Shown: one piece after another, positions 50,586-64,000 of the stretch
How positions within the stretch are numbered: the first letter of the stretch is position 1
Layout of the letters: each line of letters opens with the position of its first letter
From: Octopus sinensis
Lineage: Eukaryota
DNA length: 64,000 bases
Reading direction: 5' to 3'
Assembly: GCF_006345805.1 (NCBI RefSeq)
Contig: NC_043005.1
Span: 106,640,001 to 106,704,000, forward strand
Translations under genes and position numbers: made by a program
The notes under the pieces: model-generated
What the model was told of the DNA's origin: nothing
Database searches by the model: none
What the model saw: only the letters and a program-made list of their open reading frames with translations

Positions 50586-51149
50586 ACAAGTTTGATACTA
50601 CCGCGTGGCTACTGAATGCTATTATCGCGTATAGTTTGTTGCAGGTATTGAGGCTAGATCTCCGTGGTAAGGCTAATATATTCCATTCCTTCCATTAGAT
50701 TAGGTGGCTCTGAAACAGACATAGGAGTTGTCTTCCTGCTGGCCCTCGGACAAAACGATAACAGCAAATTATGTTAAATATGTTCCACAAGCACTACAAA
50801 GTAGGGTCAACATAACACTCATACGCAAACATACACACATGTATGTATATGTATATTTGCCTATATATGTATGTGTGGGGGCGTTTTTTTTTGAGTAAGC
50901 ATGTATGGTCAGGTTGTCCACAGCTGCAGTTGAAGGGGATTATGAAACACCACATTCGTCATAGCAGGACACATACATGCACATATCTATACACACACAC
51001 ATGCACTCATACGCGCACAAATAAAAACATAAACACAAACACACACTGGAATTGCAATACTATAACACAGCTATAACCTCATCGAAACTTATAGTAAACT
51101 ACCATAACTACGTTTGAAACAGGCCCTCAAGTATCACTCTAAAACACCC

Positions 51150-51380
51150 ATTTCTTTACTACTCACAAGGGGCTAAACACCGAGAGAACAAACAAGGACA
51201 GACAAACGGATTAAGTCGATTATATCGACCCCAGTACGTAACTGGTATTTATTTAAACGAACCCGAGAGGATGAAAGGCAAAGTCGACCTCGGCGGAATT
51301 TGAAATCAGAACGTAGCGGCAGACGAAATACTGCTAAGCATTTGGACCGGCGTGCTAACGATTCTGCCAGCTCACCGCCT
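51150..51380 (-). mobile_element. SINE family A
   Basis: Full copy. Confidence 0.88.
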
Positions 51381-52162
51381 GATCACTCTAAAATAACACA
51401 CACTAATAAGTACCATAAACCATCAAATATAACAACATATAATACACGTCCCAACACAAGAGACCACGATCCGTACAACCACATTCCATAAGAGAAAAAG
51501 CGCTCGTCAAAGAACATCAGTATGACAAATATCACCACACATCTCTTAACACTACCACACCGCAACCATTACCTCAATTACCACCATCATCAGCTGCACC
51601 CACTGTTCACCGCATTAAGCGAGCGAAGGGAGGTGCAATGTTGAAAATATATTGCCATGGCAACAAGATTTAACAAGCATTTCCTTAAATATCAACGAAA
51701 ATTAAGTTATTACTTTAATTTCCCACTTGACAAGTTGTGTAAGCGATCCATACAAATGGCAGTGTTGTGTCACTAGCGGTTGAACACCACACCGTCTTTC
51801 AACGCCATCATATTAATGTAAACACACCAAACACTACATAGGCACAACACCGCACCTATGTAAACACATACACAAACTGACCATATATGATTATTCAAAA
51901 AAGATCTAGAAATATATATACATACGTGCGTGCGTTCGTGCGTGGCGTGTGTGTGTGTGTATTATAAATATATACATATACAAATGTGTAAATTTACATG
52001 ATTATATCTTTATATACATATATGTGTGTGTATATATATATACACACACACACTCACGTGCACACAAACATACAAATATACATATATACACACATATATA
52101 TACACATATATGCATAATATATATATATATGGAGAGAGAGAGAGAGAGGGAGAGAGGGAGAG

Positions 52163-52215
<53 letters not shown>

Positions 52216-52639
52216 AAGAGGCCCCGAAAAGTATACGCATATTGAAAGATTATAATGTCATTGGTTATTTGATTTCAAAACTTAATAGAATCTAAATCTA
52301 TGGATAGAATTTAATTGTTTTGTGAACGCCAGTTTTCAACGTGAAGACCGTTCTAGCCCGAGAACTTCTGATATCGCAAAGTAATGGATTCGCAAAAAGC
52401 AAGGAGCATTTCTTTAGGTATATGTGCAGATTCTCATTGAATGAGTGTCACAATTCGCTGACTTTCTAATTTAGTATCGTCCTAAAAAGTGTTGCAGGCT
52501 GAAGGACGGTGAACACAGAATGTATTCTCTTGAACTACTTCGTTCCATCGTTAAACCTCGTCAATGTAGGCCCGTACATTAATTACTACAGCAATGTTCG
52601 AGTTCCACATCTGGGTAGAAATAAAACTACTTAGCATGG

Positions 52640-52975
52640 GACGGATTCAAAATGCGGTGGACACTTGAATTTGAATTTCATATCCCACGACTTACTTGCA
52701 GCTCAGATATTTCTGAACACTTACAAGACGTTTCTAGTATCCTTCCTTGACTTCTGGTGCTCATCGATGTATGAGTGGTCTTCCTAAACGTTCTTTTGAA
52801 CATTCTGAACAGCGCCATCTACTTCAAGCTTATCACTAATTTGTTGTGTTGGTGGATCTGTTTAAAATTCCACCTTGAGCTATCTTTGCACTTCGATTGC
52901 GTTTTCAATCTTTCAGTAGGAATTTAGAGTAAATTTCCTTTAATCAAAGTTTAGACTGGCTCCCTACATTTTTGA
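52640..52975 (-). pseudogene. Degraded Tc1/mariner-type transposase N-terminus (DUF4817-like HTH)
   Basis: Fragments RKFTLNSY*KIENAIEVQR..KVEF.TDPP, DKLEVDGAVQNV...GRP and SSVHRIL. Confidence 0.5.
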
Positions 52976-53377
52976 TGGGTTACATTCAAGGAAGAATGAA
53001 AATTGAGTTATCATGTGTTAAACGGTGTATATATTTTGAGGGGATGTGTGTATGTGTGTATATGTGATGGAGAGGTTGTGTGTCTGTGTCAATAGTGATA
53101 ATCAAAAACGTAAATATATTGAGAAGACGCAAGAACGGGGAAGTACACGTTTATACGGAAGGGATGTGCAATTGACAATACGAAGAACAACAAAGAAAAT
53201 AACATCAACTTGACAAAAAAATATGAAAACAGAATCACAATGAAAAATATATCTGCAACATCACCCCGGAAATATATTATAGATAGATAGATATATAGAT
53301 AGATAGATGGAAAGATAGATAGATAGAAATATAGATATATAGATAGATAGAAAGGTACATACATATACATACATACA

Positions 53378-53409
<32 letters not shown>

Positions 53410-53608
53410 CACGTGTACATATATATGCATGCATAAGTATCTATCTATCTGTCTATACATACATATAAATAATATATATACATATGTTTATATATTATTT
53501 ATATGTTTATATATATTTATATAAATAAGATAAGATCGTTATTTAAATGCCGATCATATCAGGCGGCCAGCATGGGAATAAAATCCTTCAAACGTAATAA
53601 TTATCAAC

Positions 53609-53958
53609 AAAATTATAATTTAGGGTATCTAAGAGATACCACCACGCTGGAAATAGCAGCCAAAACTTGACTCTAAAACCACATTAAATGTTCATACATC
53701 ACCAGGAGAAAAGACAAAGAGACAAAATAAACTAGCAATAAACTAGTACTATCTGAGTATATTCCACTGATGAAGGCAAAGCATTTATTGTGCAGAGTCA
53801 GAAAGCCGGGATCTGGAATTATCCAGTAATTTTTTGCTAGTTTATTTTGTCTCTTTTTCTCCTGGTGCTGTATGAATATTCGATGCGGTTTTAGAGTCAA
53901 GTTTTGGCTCCTATTTCCAGCGTGGTGGTATCACTTAGATAACCTAAATTATGATTTT
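53609..53958. mobile_element. 350-bp foldback element with ~140-bp arms and a hammerhead-like motif in the loop (53761-53819, +)
   Basis: GATACCACCACGCTGGAAATAG...CCAAAACTTGACTCTAAAACC pairs with its inverse. Loop ATTCCA-CTGATGA...GAAA...ATC-TGGAAT. Confidence 0.8.
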
Positions 53959-53987
53959 AATATGTTTATATATATGTTTATATATAT

Positions 53988-54405
53988 AGGCGCAGGAGTG
54001 GCTGTGTTGTAAGTAGCTTGCTAACCAACCACATGGTTCCGGGTTCAGTCCCACTGCGTGGCATCTTGGGTAAGTGTCTTCTGCTATAGCCCCAGGCCGA
54101 CCAATGCCTTGTGAGTGGATTTGGTAGACAGAAACTGAAAGAAGCCTGTCATATATATGTATATATATATATGTGTGTGTGTATGTGTTTGTGTGTCTGT
54201 GTTTGTCCCCCTAGCATTGCTTGACAACCGATGCTGGTGTGTTGACGGCCCCGTCACTTAGCGGTTCGGCAAAACAGAGCGATAGATTAAGTACTGGGCA
54301 TCCAAAGAATAAGTCCCGGGGTCGATTTGCTCGACTAAAGGCGGTGCTCCAGGATGGCCGCAGTCAATTCACTCGAACAAGTAAAAGAGTAAAGAGTAAA
54401 AGAGT
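53988..54405 (+). mobile_element. SINE family C
   Basis: A/B boxes, internal TA/TG tract, (GTAAAGA)n tail. Confidence 0.9.
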
Positions 54406-54429
54406 ATGTATATATATATGATATAAAAA

Positions 54430-54730
54430 AAATACAAAGAAAAACAAGTACGGGTCATTCGGAGTTTTCTTTCCTCAGTCGAGTTCCAGATTATTTTTGC
54501 AATTTCAGCTAGCTATACACGAGATTGACCCATTCTGGCCAGCCCCAAGGAAAAACTAAGCTAAGAGTATTAGATTCCTTGGATGAAAACAACGAATGTA
54601 TAAGAAAACAAGGACGGAAAAAACGGAGAATGTTACACAAATACAAACAACAGGACATAACAACAGGTGTCTTTCGACTAAGGACGAATTAAATTATGCT
54701 GGCGTGTGTGTAAGTAAAGCCTTACGGCAG
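54430..54730 (-). mobile_element. Repeat family H4
   Basis: Homologous to 40760-41090. Confidence 0.6.
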
Positions 54731-54756
54731 GGATATATCTATATACACATATATAC

Positions 54757-54799
<43 letters not shown>

Positions 54800-54843
54800 C
54801 TATAAAATTATCTTAGCATTTTCTATTTTTGACTTGTTTTTTC

Positions 54844-54925
<82 letters not shown>

Positions 54926-55431
54926 CATACACACACATATATGTATATAATGCACGCACACACTCATTCATTTATAGTTATGAAGAACAATATGTAAAAC
55001 ATCAATAAGAATAACAATTTTGATAATTACCAGAAGATTCGATTACAATGCAAAATTTATCAGGTTGACATCAACAGTGACATGTAACTTATCTCTCTCA
55101 CACTCTCTTTGTGCCCCTATCCATCTCTCCCTATATAAGATATATATATAGAGTAAAAGGGACACACGTGTGCACGCACGCACATACACGCACGCACATA
55201 CACACATACACACACATATATATACATACATACATACATACATACATACATACATACATACATACATACATACATACATACATACATACATACATACATA
55301 CATACATACATACATACATACATACATACATACATACATACATACATACATACATACATACATACACACATACATATAAACATATACATTTGTATATATG
55401 TGCATAATTATAATTGTATATGTATTTTTTT

Positions 55432-55876
55432 AGTCTTTTACTTGTTTCAGTCATTTGACTGCGGCCATGCGACAGCACTGCATTTAGTCGAACAAATCGA
55501 CTCCTGGACTTAATCTTTGTAAGCCTAGTACTTATTCTGTCGGTCTCTTTTGCCTAACCGCTAAGTTACTGTTGTAAAACGATGGTGAACGATGGTGGTG
55601 GACACACACAGACACACAAACATGTATAGCCCCTTATACATGTGTACGTGCATGTATGTAGAAATGTATATAAACATACACACACACACATACACACATA
55701 CATGTATAATTTTATATATACGACAGGCTTCTTTCAGTTTCCGCTTACAATCCACTCAGAAGGCTTCGGTTGGCCCGAGGCAACAAGACACTTGCCCAAG
55801 CTGCCACGCAGTGGGACTGAACCCAGCACCATGTGGTTGGTAAGCAAGTTACTTACCACGCAGCGACTCCTGCGCC

Positions 55877-55878
<2 letters not shown>
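55432..55878 (-). mobile_element. SINE family C
   Basis: Reverse complement of the 53988 copy. Confidence 0.85.
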
Positions 55879-55911
<33 letters not shown>

Positions 55912-56052
55912 CGGGAAGCTTTATAAAAATAAACAAAAGACGAAGGCAGGTGGAAAACAAACGAACAATTGTATTAGTATGGCGCTCAGGAAATATAAAT
56001 AAAACAAGTCTTTAACGTTTCGAGCCTACGCTCTTCAACAGAAAGATACACA
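55912..56052 (-). mobile_element. Penelope-like terminal repeat fragment, family H2, with a hammerhead-like motif at 56009-56046
   Basis: Minus strand TCTTT-CTGTTGA-A-GAGC-gtag-GCTC-GAA-ACGT-T-AAAGA. Confidence 0.66.
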
Positions 56053-56295
56053 GATATATATATATATGTACATATATATATACATATATGTATGTATGTG
56101 TGTGTGTGTATATACATATTTGCAAATACCGATAGGGCACAGAAAGCGTGCCTATAGCCAGCTGGAGGAGATGTTCTCCTGGGGCTTCATGCTACAGTAA
56201 CACCCACCCTTAGTGGTTAGCCATATTGAGATGGCAAGTATACCTCACATTGTCGTGCGGTTACTGTTTATACCTCGTTCAGAGATTTACTATTG

Positions 56296-56337
<42 letters not shown>

Positions 56338-56348
56338 AAAGATATATG

Positions 56349-56398
<50 letters not shown>

Positions 56399-56657
56399 GT
56401 ATAAATATAGCTATATATTATACATATGTATACACACACACACACACATGCACACAAATACACACACATACATTCACAGACAAATAGAATAATTAGCCAA
56501 AAACATTTTAAAAGACTAAAGTCAAATGACTTTCTAATGGTGACCATTAAATACTACGTCACTCTAAGGACTCTGTCCTTGTAAGCGTACATACATATAT
56601 ATGTATATGTGTATATATATATATGTATGTATATATGTATGTGTATGTATATATATG

Positions 56658-56735
<78 letters not shown>

Positions 56736-56830
56736 GTAGATTGATAGATATGCATAATATTTATACTTAAATATGTGTGCACATGTATTTGTGCAAATGT
56801 ATATATACGTGCCTATGGATGTTGTGTGCA

Positions 56831-56877
<47 letters not shown>

Positions 56878-56888
56878 ATATATGTCAA

Positions 56889-56967
<79 letters not shown>

Positions 56968-57957
56968 AATATATGTATATTATATATATATATGTGTGTG
57001 TTTATGTATATACATACATATATATGTTTATATATATATATGTATGTATACCCACACATACACATACACTCACATTCACACACACATATGTATACACACA
57101 TGCACATACACACGCACTCACTTGTATAAGTTGCTATATACGTTTTGTTGGTACGCATGAAAATAATGAGCAATTAGAAGCAAATTACAACACATTGTAG
57201 ATTATACTTGATAATAGATGTGAATTTATCAACACAAATGAGATACATATATATATATATTTAAAATTTTTTTCTTGTGGCGTTTTGTATTCCGTTGTTT
57301 AATTGTTATAATTGTCTATTTATTAGTTTTATGTTTGTGTTTAGTATAGCTTTTCCTGTATAATTGTTGTTGTTCTCGTTTAAGTGGATTCCTTTTAATC
57401 AAGTCAGACATATAAATCATCAACTGAAAATGTCAATCTTCAAAGGTCAACACTGGATTTTCTTACACACTTTTTGTTTCTATTCTATTTGAATTTGTGC
57501 GCTTTTGCTATATCAGTTGTTGTTGTTTATGGTGTTGTTGTTGTCGTCGTTATCGTTCTTGTTTCGTTTGCAAACTTTGCAAATGAATAAAATAACATAA
57601 TCATAATTAGCTCTATTCTCTAACGAGTGTGACGATCATGTTCGTGGTGATGATGATGATGATGATGACGACGACGACGAGGGTAACAGCGACAACGACG
57701 CCGACGACGAGGATGATGTCGACTCTGTTGATGATGTCGATGATGAAGAAAATTTGACGAAAATTTGAATAGAAGAAGAGTTGGCTGCTATTTCTGGCTG
57801 GTCAAATAAAGATGTAGAGTCTCTTGCTGCTGGGGCAAAAAAAAACAAAAAAACATTAAGTGATATTCTTTGTACTTAGATTGGAAACAAGTATATGCTT
57901 ACGGTGCTCGGGGCTCCATCTGGGGATCAGATTTACTCAAGGACCCATACACATTAC

Positions 57958-58372
57958 TGGCGATCTGGCAGAAACGTTAGCACGCCGGGCGAAATGTGTC
58001 GCCGTATTTCATCTGCCGCTACGTTCTGAGTTCAAATTCCACTGAGGTTGACTTTGCCTTTCATCCTTTCGGGGTCGATAAATTAAGTACCATTTACGCA
58101 CTGGGGTCGATGTAATCGACTTAATCCGTTTGTCTGTCCTTGTTTGTCCCCTCTGTGTTTAGCCCCTTGTGGGTAGTAAAGAAATAGGTATTTCGTCTGC
58201 CGCTATGTTCTGAGTTCAAATTCCGCTAAGGTCGACTTTGCCTTTCATCGTTTCAGGTTCGATAAATTAAGTACCAGTTACGCACTGGGGTCGATGTAAT
58301 CGACTTAATCTGTCTGTCTGTCTTTGTTTGTCTCCTCTGTGTTTAGCCCCTTGTGGGTAGTAAAGAAATAGG
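57958..58372 (+). mobile_element. SINE family A, dimeric body
   Basis: Junction AAAGAAATA|GGTATTTCG at 58187. Confidence 0.9.
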
Positions 58373-59763
58373 TATATATTTCATTGACAATCCGAGCTTT
58401 GAGACGAAAATAAATTAGACTTTAGCGAGATTTGAAACGAGAATGCAAGTGAAAGCGCTGAAAACTGTGATATACTCTGTACAGATGTTTTTTTTTTTAG
58501 CACAGACCGACATTTCATTGCAACAACATTGTTCACAAGATGATCTAATCAAAATCCCCGAGCCTACAGATATTCTCTTATGTATCAACTCATAACTGCT
58601 CCCATTATGTTGGAAATTATGCTGAAAGTAATGATATAGCACGGGAGATCTGCAGCAAATCCTTCCACCCATTTTGGTCGCTAAATTTTCCTTTTAAGTC
58701 CACCGTTGAGGTCTTGAACAAAACCGTTGACCTCGTTTGCTCTATAGACCTATTCACTAATTATGGATCGCGGGTCTACATCTACGTTTCATCATCTTAT
58801 CGATTAGAATAATTCTTGTACGTAGCACTATAACAACGTGTTTTACCAGCGTAAGACACTCTACACAGCTGGTTGCCCTGCTTGAAATAGCCGCCGTATC
58901 TCCCTCAAACCTCTCTTTACTGCCTTGAGAAGGAAGGGTACAGAATTCTTCAAACTTAAATATATACTCTATTAGGTGTGAAAGGATCTTGAAGGTAACA
59001 ATAACATCAACAACATACTTACATACTGTAGAACCATAGCACATAATGTACAAGGCTTTCTGCAACTAGTGTAGCATGAGCAAAAGAAGATAAGCCGGTC
59101 AAGCAGCCGAAAGTGAAAGTAATTATTTAACACTAACTGCTCTAACTATACTAATGACAACAGAATCAACAGTGAGAGCAATTACGAAATCAACAGTAGC
59201 TAGTCAGGACCACGCTTTATAAAATGATTCTAAACTTCACTGTAAAGTATATAATACGTAACACTGAAAATCTTTAGTCCCATATTATTTAATACATCTC
59301 TCTCTCTCTCCCAATATGTCTGCCTCTCAGATGAAAAGGTTTCGGTTATTTAGATGATGCTAGGTTGCTGACCTCTAAATCAATGCCTCTTTTTTAGCCA
59401 GGATTAGGGTCAGCTGATATTTTCATTTCATTGACAATAACGAAGCAGAGATCAACCGATAAATCTTACTTGAGAGTGAAAGGCAAATTTAAGCCCTGAT
59501 CTATTTGAACTCAGAAAGTAAAGAGCAGGTGAAATACCCTGGGTATTTGCACAATAGTAATGACGATGTCTGTCTATCTGTTTGGCTCTCTCTCTCTCTC
59601 TCTTTCGTTCTCTCTCTTTCTTTCTCCCCCCTCTCTCTCATTCACACGCAGACAAGAACTCAAAAATCCTACCTCATTGACAATTTAGAAGATTTCCACA
59701 AAAAGCGATAAAAGAAGTAAGCATATACCGATATACATACACATCGTAAATAAGTAAGTAGGG

Positions 59764-59799
<36 letters not shown>

Positions 59800-60363
59800 G
59801 AGAGAGAGAGACAGTGAAACAGAATCAGAAAGAAATAGAGTGATTGAGAAACAGAGAGAGACGGTATCAGAGAGAAGGAACGAGAGAAATAATAAATAAA
59901 AACACATGTGCGTATGTTTTTAGTAACCACAATTTTTTTGTCTCTCTATGGAAAGTAAAGAGGAAACATGGCGGCGGGACAACCTGTTTTGCTCCCTGAG
60001 TGCAGAGAAGATCGTTTTAGATAGTTTCAAAGAGAGTTCGTGTAAGACCTGTAGCTTATTTTCTGTCCACATAGAGAACAGTACCTGAAAACTACTTAAT
60101 ATTAAAATCAATACTATGGAAGAGAAATTGATGTGCCTCATTTGCATTATAGGAGAACTGGGAAAATTAATTTATTAATTAATCCTTGTTGATTAATTTT
60201 CCGTGTAGCTCTAGGGTAACTGCAATTTACTAAATCCTACCCTTGCTCGTAAGTTTTCTGTACAACTCCATTATCATACCGCTATGCAGTAATTATGCAC
60301 AAACATACAGACAGACACACACACACATACATGCATACATACATACATACATACATACACATA

Positions 60364-60755
60364 TGCGCAGGAGTGGCTGTGTGGTTAGTAGCTTGCTTAC
60401 CAGCCACATGGTTCCGGGTTCATTCCCACTGCGTGGCATCTTGGGCAAGTGTCTTCTACTATAGCCTCGGACCGACTAAAGCCTTGTGAGTGGATTTGGT
60501 AGACGGAAACTGAAATAAACCCGTCGTATATATGTATATGTGTGTGTGTGCGTGTTTGTTAGTCTGTGTTTGTCCCCTCAGCATCGCTTAAAAACCGATG
60601 TTGGTATGTTTACGTCCCCGTCACTTAGCGGTTCGGCAAGAGGTATCGACAGAATAAGTACTAGGCTTACAAAGAATAAGTCCTGGGGTCGATTTGCTAG
60701 CCTAAAGTCGTTGCTCCTGCATGGCCGTAGTCAAATGACTGAAACAAATAAAAGA
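60364..60755 (+). mobile_element. SINE family C
   Basis: Full copy. Confidence 0.88.
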
Positions 60756-60792
60756 ATCCATACATGCATACATACAGGCATACACACACATA

Positions 60793-61125
60793 TGAAGGCG
60801 CATGGCTCAGTGGTTAGAGCGTCGGGTTTACAATCGCGAGGTAGTGAGTTCGATTCCCGGACCGGGCTATGTGTTGTGTTCTTGAGCAAGACACTTTATT
60901 TCACACTGCCCCAGTTTACTCAGCTATAGAAATAAGTTGCGACGGTGTCAAGCTGTATCAGCCTTTGCCTTTTCCTTCGACACACATCGGTGGCGTCAGA
61001 GGGGAGACTGGTATGGATGAGCGACTGCTGCTCTTCTACAATTTAACCTTCTCTGGATTTGTGTCTCGGAAGGGAACTTTGTCGGTGCAAACCCATGGTT
61101 ATTCATGACCTAAGGGTGTCTTTTT
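60793..61125 (+). mobile_element. SINE family D (GAAGGCGCATGGCTCAGTGG head)
   Basis: A box TGGCTCAGTGG and B box GAGTTCGATTCC. Confidence 0.85.
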
Positions 61126-61912
61126 TACACGCACACACACACACACATACACACATACACACGTGCATTTGTAAACACTTGTAATAAGATATACAGAAAA
61201 TTGTGATATATGAGATAGATTATTTCTTCTGACTAGAATACTCTTAATTTACTAACGCTATTAGGCAAATGGAGACAAACCTGTCTCGTAATTGTATTTC
61301 AAAATTCTCGATTGTATTCCACAAAAAATATGCAATTATTTCCTTTATTTTACATTCTCCTTAATATAGGTTAGCATCTCAAGTATATTATTTCAAAACC
61401 AACGCCCTAATTACAAATTTCTGCAAAGCTCATTTGTTCCATGTTTATTTCAATTGTTCTTAATTGAATTCCTTCTCGCCTCGCTTAAAATTATCACTGA
61501 AAATGTCAATAGAAAATTTATGACATTTGGTAAATGAGGTTTCATTATTTGAAGTTGCCCATAGGAATTAAATTATGTTATGGCTTCAAGTAATATATTT
61601 TTCATTTTTGTAATGATACATTATTAGAATAGATATTATTAGATATTATCCAGTTGTGAGTTGAGAATACACTCTGTATTTTGCTAGTCGTGGGCATATT
61701 ATTTCATTTTAACTGTTATTTTATTTAGTAAAGCATTAATGCTATTTAATCTCATATCTTGCCACTAAATATCTGGGAGCTAAGTTTTGGACCAAAGCAG
61801 CAACAATTGCCTGGTAGTGATATCACTGCACTGTTTCTTCTATTCATCATTACGGTAGAAAATAGAAAAGTGACCTAACCCTTGAAGGTTAGGTATATGT
61901 ATTTTCATGCGA

Positions 61913-62317
61913 AAGGCGGCGAGGTGGCAGAAACGTTAGAACGCCGGGCGAAATGCATTGCCGTATTTCGTCTGCCGTTAAGTTCTGGGTTCAAATTCCG
62001 CCGAGGTCGACTTTGCCTTTCATCCTTTCGGGGTCGATAAATTAAGTACTAGTTACGCACTGGGGTCGATGTAATCGACTTAATCCGTTTGTCTGTCCTT
62101 GTTTGTCCCCTCTGTATTTAGCCCCTTGTGGATAATAAAGAAATAGGTATTTCGTCTGCCGTTACGTTGTGAGTTCAAATTCCGCCAAGGTCGAGTTTGC
62201 TTTTCATCCTTTCGGGGTCGATAAATTAAGTACCAGTTACGCACTGGGGTCGATGTAATCGACTTAATCCGTTTGTCTGTCCTTGTTTGTCCCCTCTGTG
62301 TTTATAGTAAAGAAATA
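61913..62317 (+). mobile_element. SINE family A, dimeric body
   Basis: Junction at 62146. Confidence 0.9.
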
Positions 62318-62759
62318 TATAAAATATATATATATGTATTTCAATTCGAAACTGTACGGGTTTGCGTGAGTTTATACATACATAAATGCATACATACATA
62401 CATTTGGGCTATTGTACTGGACAGCTGATGAGATACGCAACTTGGACATCAAAACCAGAAATGTACTGACCACCACTGACAACTTTCACATTACCAGTGA
62501 CACCGATAGGATTTATATGAGACGAAGTGATGGCGATAGAGACATAAGATTTGTCTAAACAGTCTTTGAATGTCGCATTATATCACTCAGACAACACCTG
62601 TTGAACACTAAAGAAAGAAATAAGTACATTCCAAGCATACTCAAAAGTGAGAGCAACATCTTCAGAGCTGGAGAAGAACTACTGTGCCGTTACTCTGAGA
62701 ATACAACTGTCTCGTTCGATCCAAATGAGGCTGGGGTGGAATAACTAAACAGAAACTTT

Positions 62760-62992
62760 AAGGCGGCGAGTTGGCAGAAACGTTAGCATGCCGGGCGAAA
62801 TACTTAGCGGTATTTCGTCTGCCGTTACGTTCTGAGTTCAAATTCCGCCGAGGTCAACTTTGCCTTTCATCCTTTCGGGGTCGATAAATTAGGTACCAGT
62901 TGCGCACTGGGGTCGATATAATCGACTTAATCCGTTTGCCCGTCCTTGTTTGTCCCCTCTATGTTTAGCCCCTTGTGGGCAATAAAGAAATA
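62760..62992 (+). mobile_element. SINE family A
   Basis: Full copy; AGAAACTT flanking duplication. Confidence 0.9.
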
Positions 62993-63431
62993 AGAAACTT
63001 GTAGGAGAAGCAGACATCATACTATCAAAAAGCAATGCTTGCGTATATAAGCTAGAAGGTAGCAATTGCATTGACGGGAAGAGTAGACTCCTTTGGATGT
63101 GCAATAGGTATATTATATCCCACCGAGAAGAATATGACTTCGCTATCCAGGAAAGGAGATAGCTACTAAATACCTGATAAACAAAAGGGACAAAGATACC
63201 ACTAAACCTCTACGTTGTGATAAAAAATGTCGGCTCTGCTGTACGAATGTGGAAGATATCATCCATATCATCAGCAACTGCCCCCCCCCCCACCAAATGT
63301 CTACGAGATACTATCTTCCCCTGAGGATTGTTATAGTTGTTATGACTAGTTATAATACTATATGTAAGAAGGACTGCCCTGACGTATACATCAAAAGCAT
63401 GCCACAACCAGAAGGTATTCACACCTCCATT

Positions 63432-63657
63432 AAGGCGGCGAGTTGGCAGAAACGTTAGCACGCCGGGCGAAATGCTTAGCGGTATTTCGTCTGCGTTACG
63501 TTGTGAGTTCAAATTCCGCCGAGGTCGACTTTGCCTTTCATCCTTTCGGGGTCGATAAATTAAGTACTAGTTACGCACTGGGGTCGATGTAATCGACTTA
63601 ATGTCTGTCCTTGTTTGTCCCCTCTGTGTTTAGCCCCTTGTGGGTAATAAAGAAATA
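63432..63657 (+). mobile_element. SINE family A
   Basis: Full copy; 16-bp TSD GGTATTCACACCTCCA. Confidence 0.92.
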
Positions 63658-64000
63658 GGTATTCACACCTCCAAAAACAAAGAACACTGGTGGAATATCT
63701 AATAAAAACAACAATTCGGTGCTAACATAACACATCTGATATTGTTCTGTGGAACAGAGAATAAAAGTCATGCACTGTTGAAGAGGTCAGCTGCCCAGCA
63801 GACATGAATGTACAATCAAAAGCTCAGAAATTAATGCGAAACTTACAACTCTTATAACCTAACTATGAATTCTCATTTGTGCCCATATTTATAAGTGCAT
63901 TAGGTTATGTACCAACAAACTTGCACAAGAACCTAGAAAAACTTGGTTTCACAGAAAAAGAGCAGAGGAAAAATAAAATAAAAAAAAAACAAAGAAAGCT

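Larger units (their letters stand above)
62400..63960 (+). mobile_element. Degraded R4/Dong-like (restriction-like endonuclease) LINE fragment, interrupted by two SINEs
   Basis: TFGLLYWTADEIRNLDIKTR, SDTDRIYMRR, FAIQE, KCRLC..EDIIHIISNCP (CCHC), DIVLWN...VEEVSCPAD and FVPIFISALG. Confidence 0.8.

Noticed and set aside
62424-62470. CTGATGA...GAAA hammerhead-like string
   Set aside because: Lies in LINE coding sequence (ADEIRNLDIKTR) and lacks supporting stems.

Overview
AT-rich eukaryotic DNA, dense in microsatellites and transposable elements. The SINE repertoire and repeat style suggest a coleoid cephalopod (Octopus-like); this is an inference. No host protein-coding gene is confidently recognisable, although two splice-bounded candidate exons lie on the minus strand. 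Most ORF-track entries are microsatellite artefacts. Supported content: (i) the 5' end of a CR1/L2-group LINE at 1-2190 (-). Its reconstructed ORF1 has a Myb/SANT-like domain plus two CCCH fingers, and its AUG-less APE-endonuclease ORF2 overlaps ORF1 in the -1 frame right at a U-UUU-UUA heptamer. (ii) Four Tx1-like LINE fragments whose 3' tail matches the most abundant SINE in the window. (iii) A near-intact DD34D mariner. (iv) Penelope-like ORF fragments of three types, and several short repeat families carrying hammerhead-ribozyme-like cores, one of them in the loop of a 350-bp foldback. (v) An R4/Dong-like LINE fragment. (vi) A 31-bp satellite of about 76 units. (vii) hAT-, Merlin- and Helitron-type non-autonomous elements and about 25 tRNA-derived SINEs of four head types. 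All calls come from reading the sequence by eye. Coordinates of degraded fragments are approximate.
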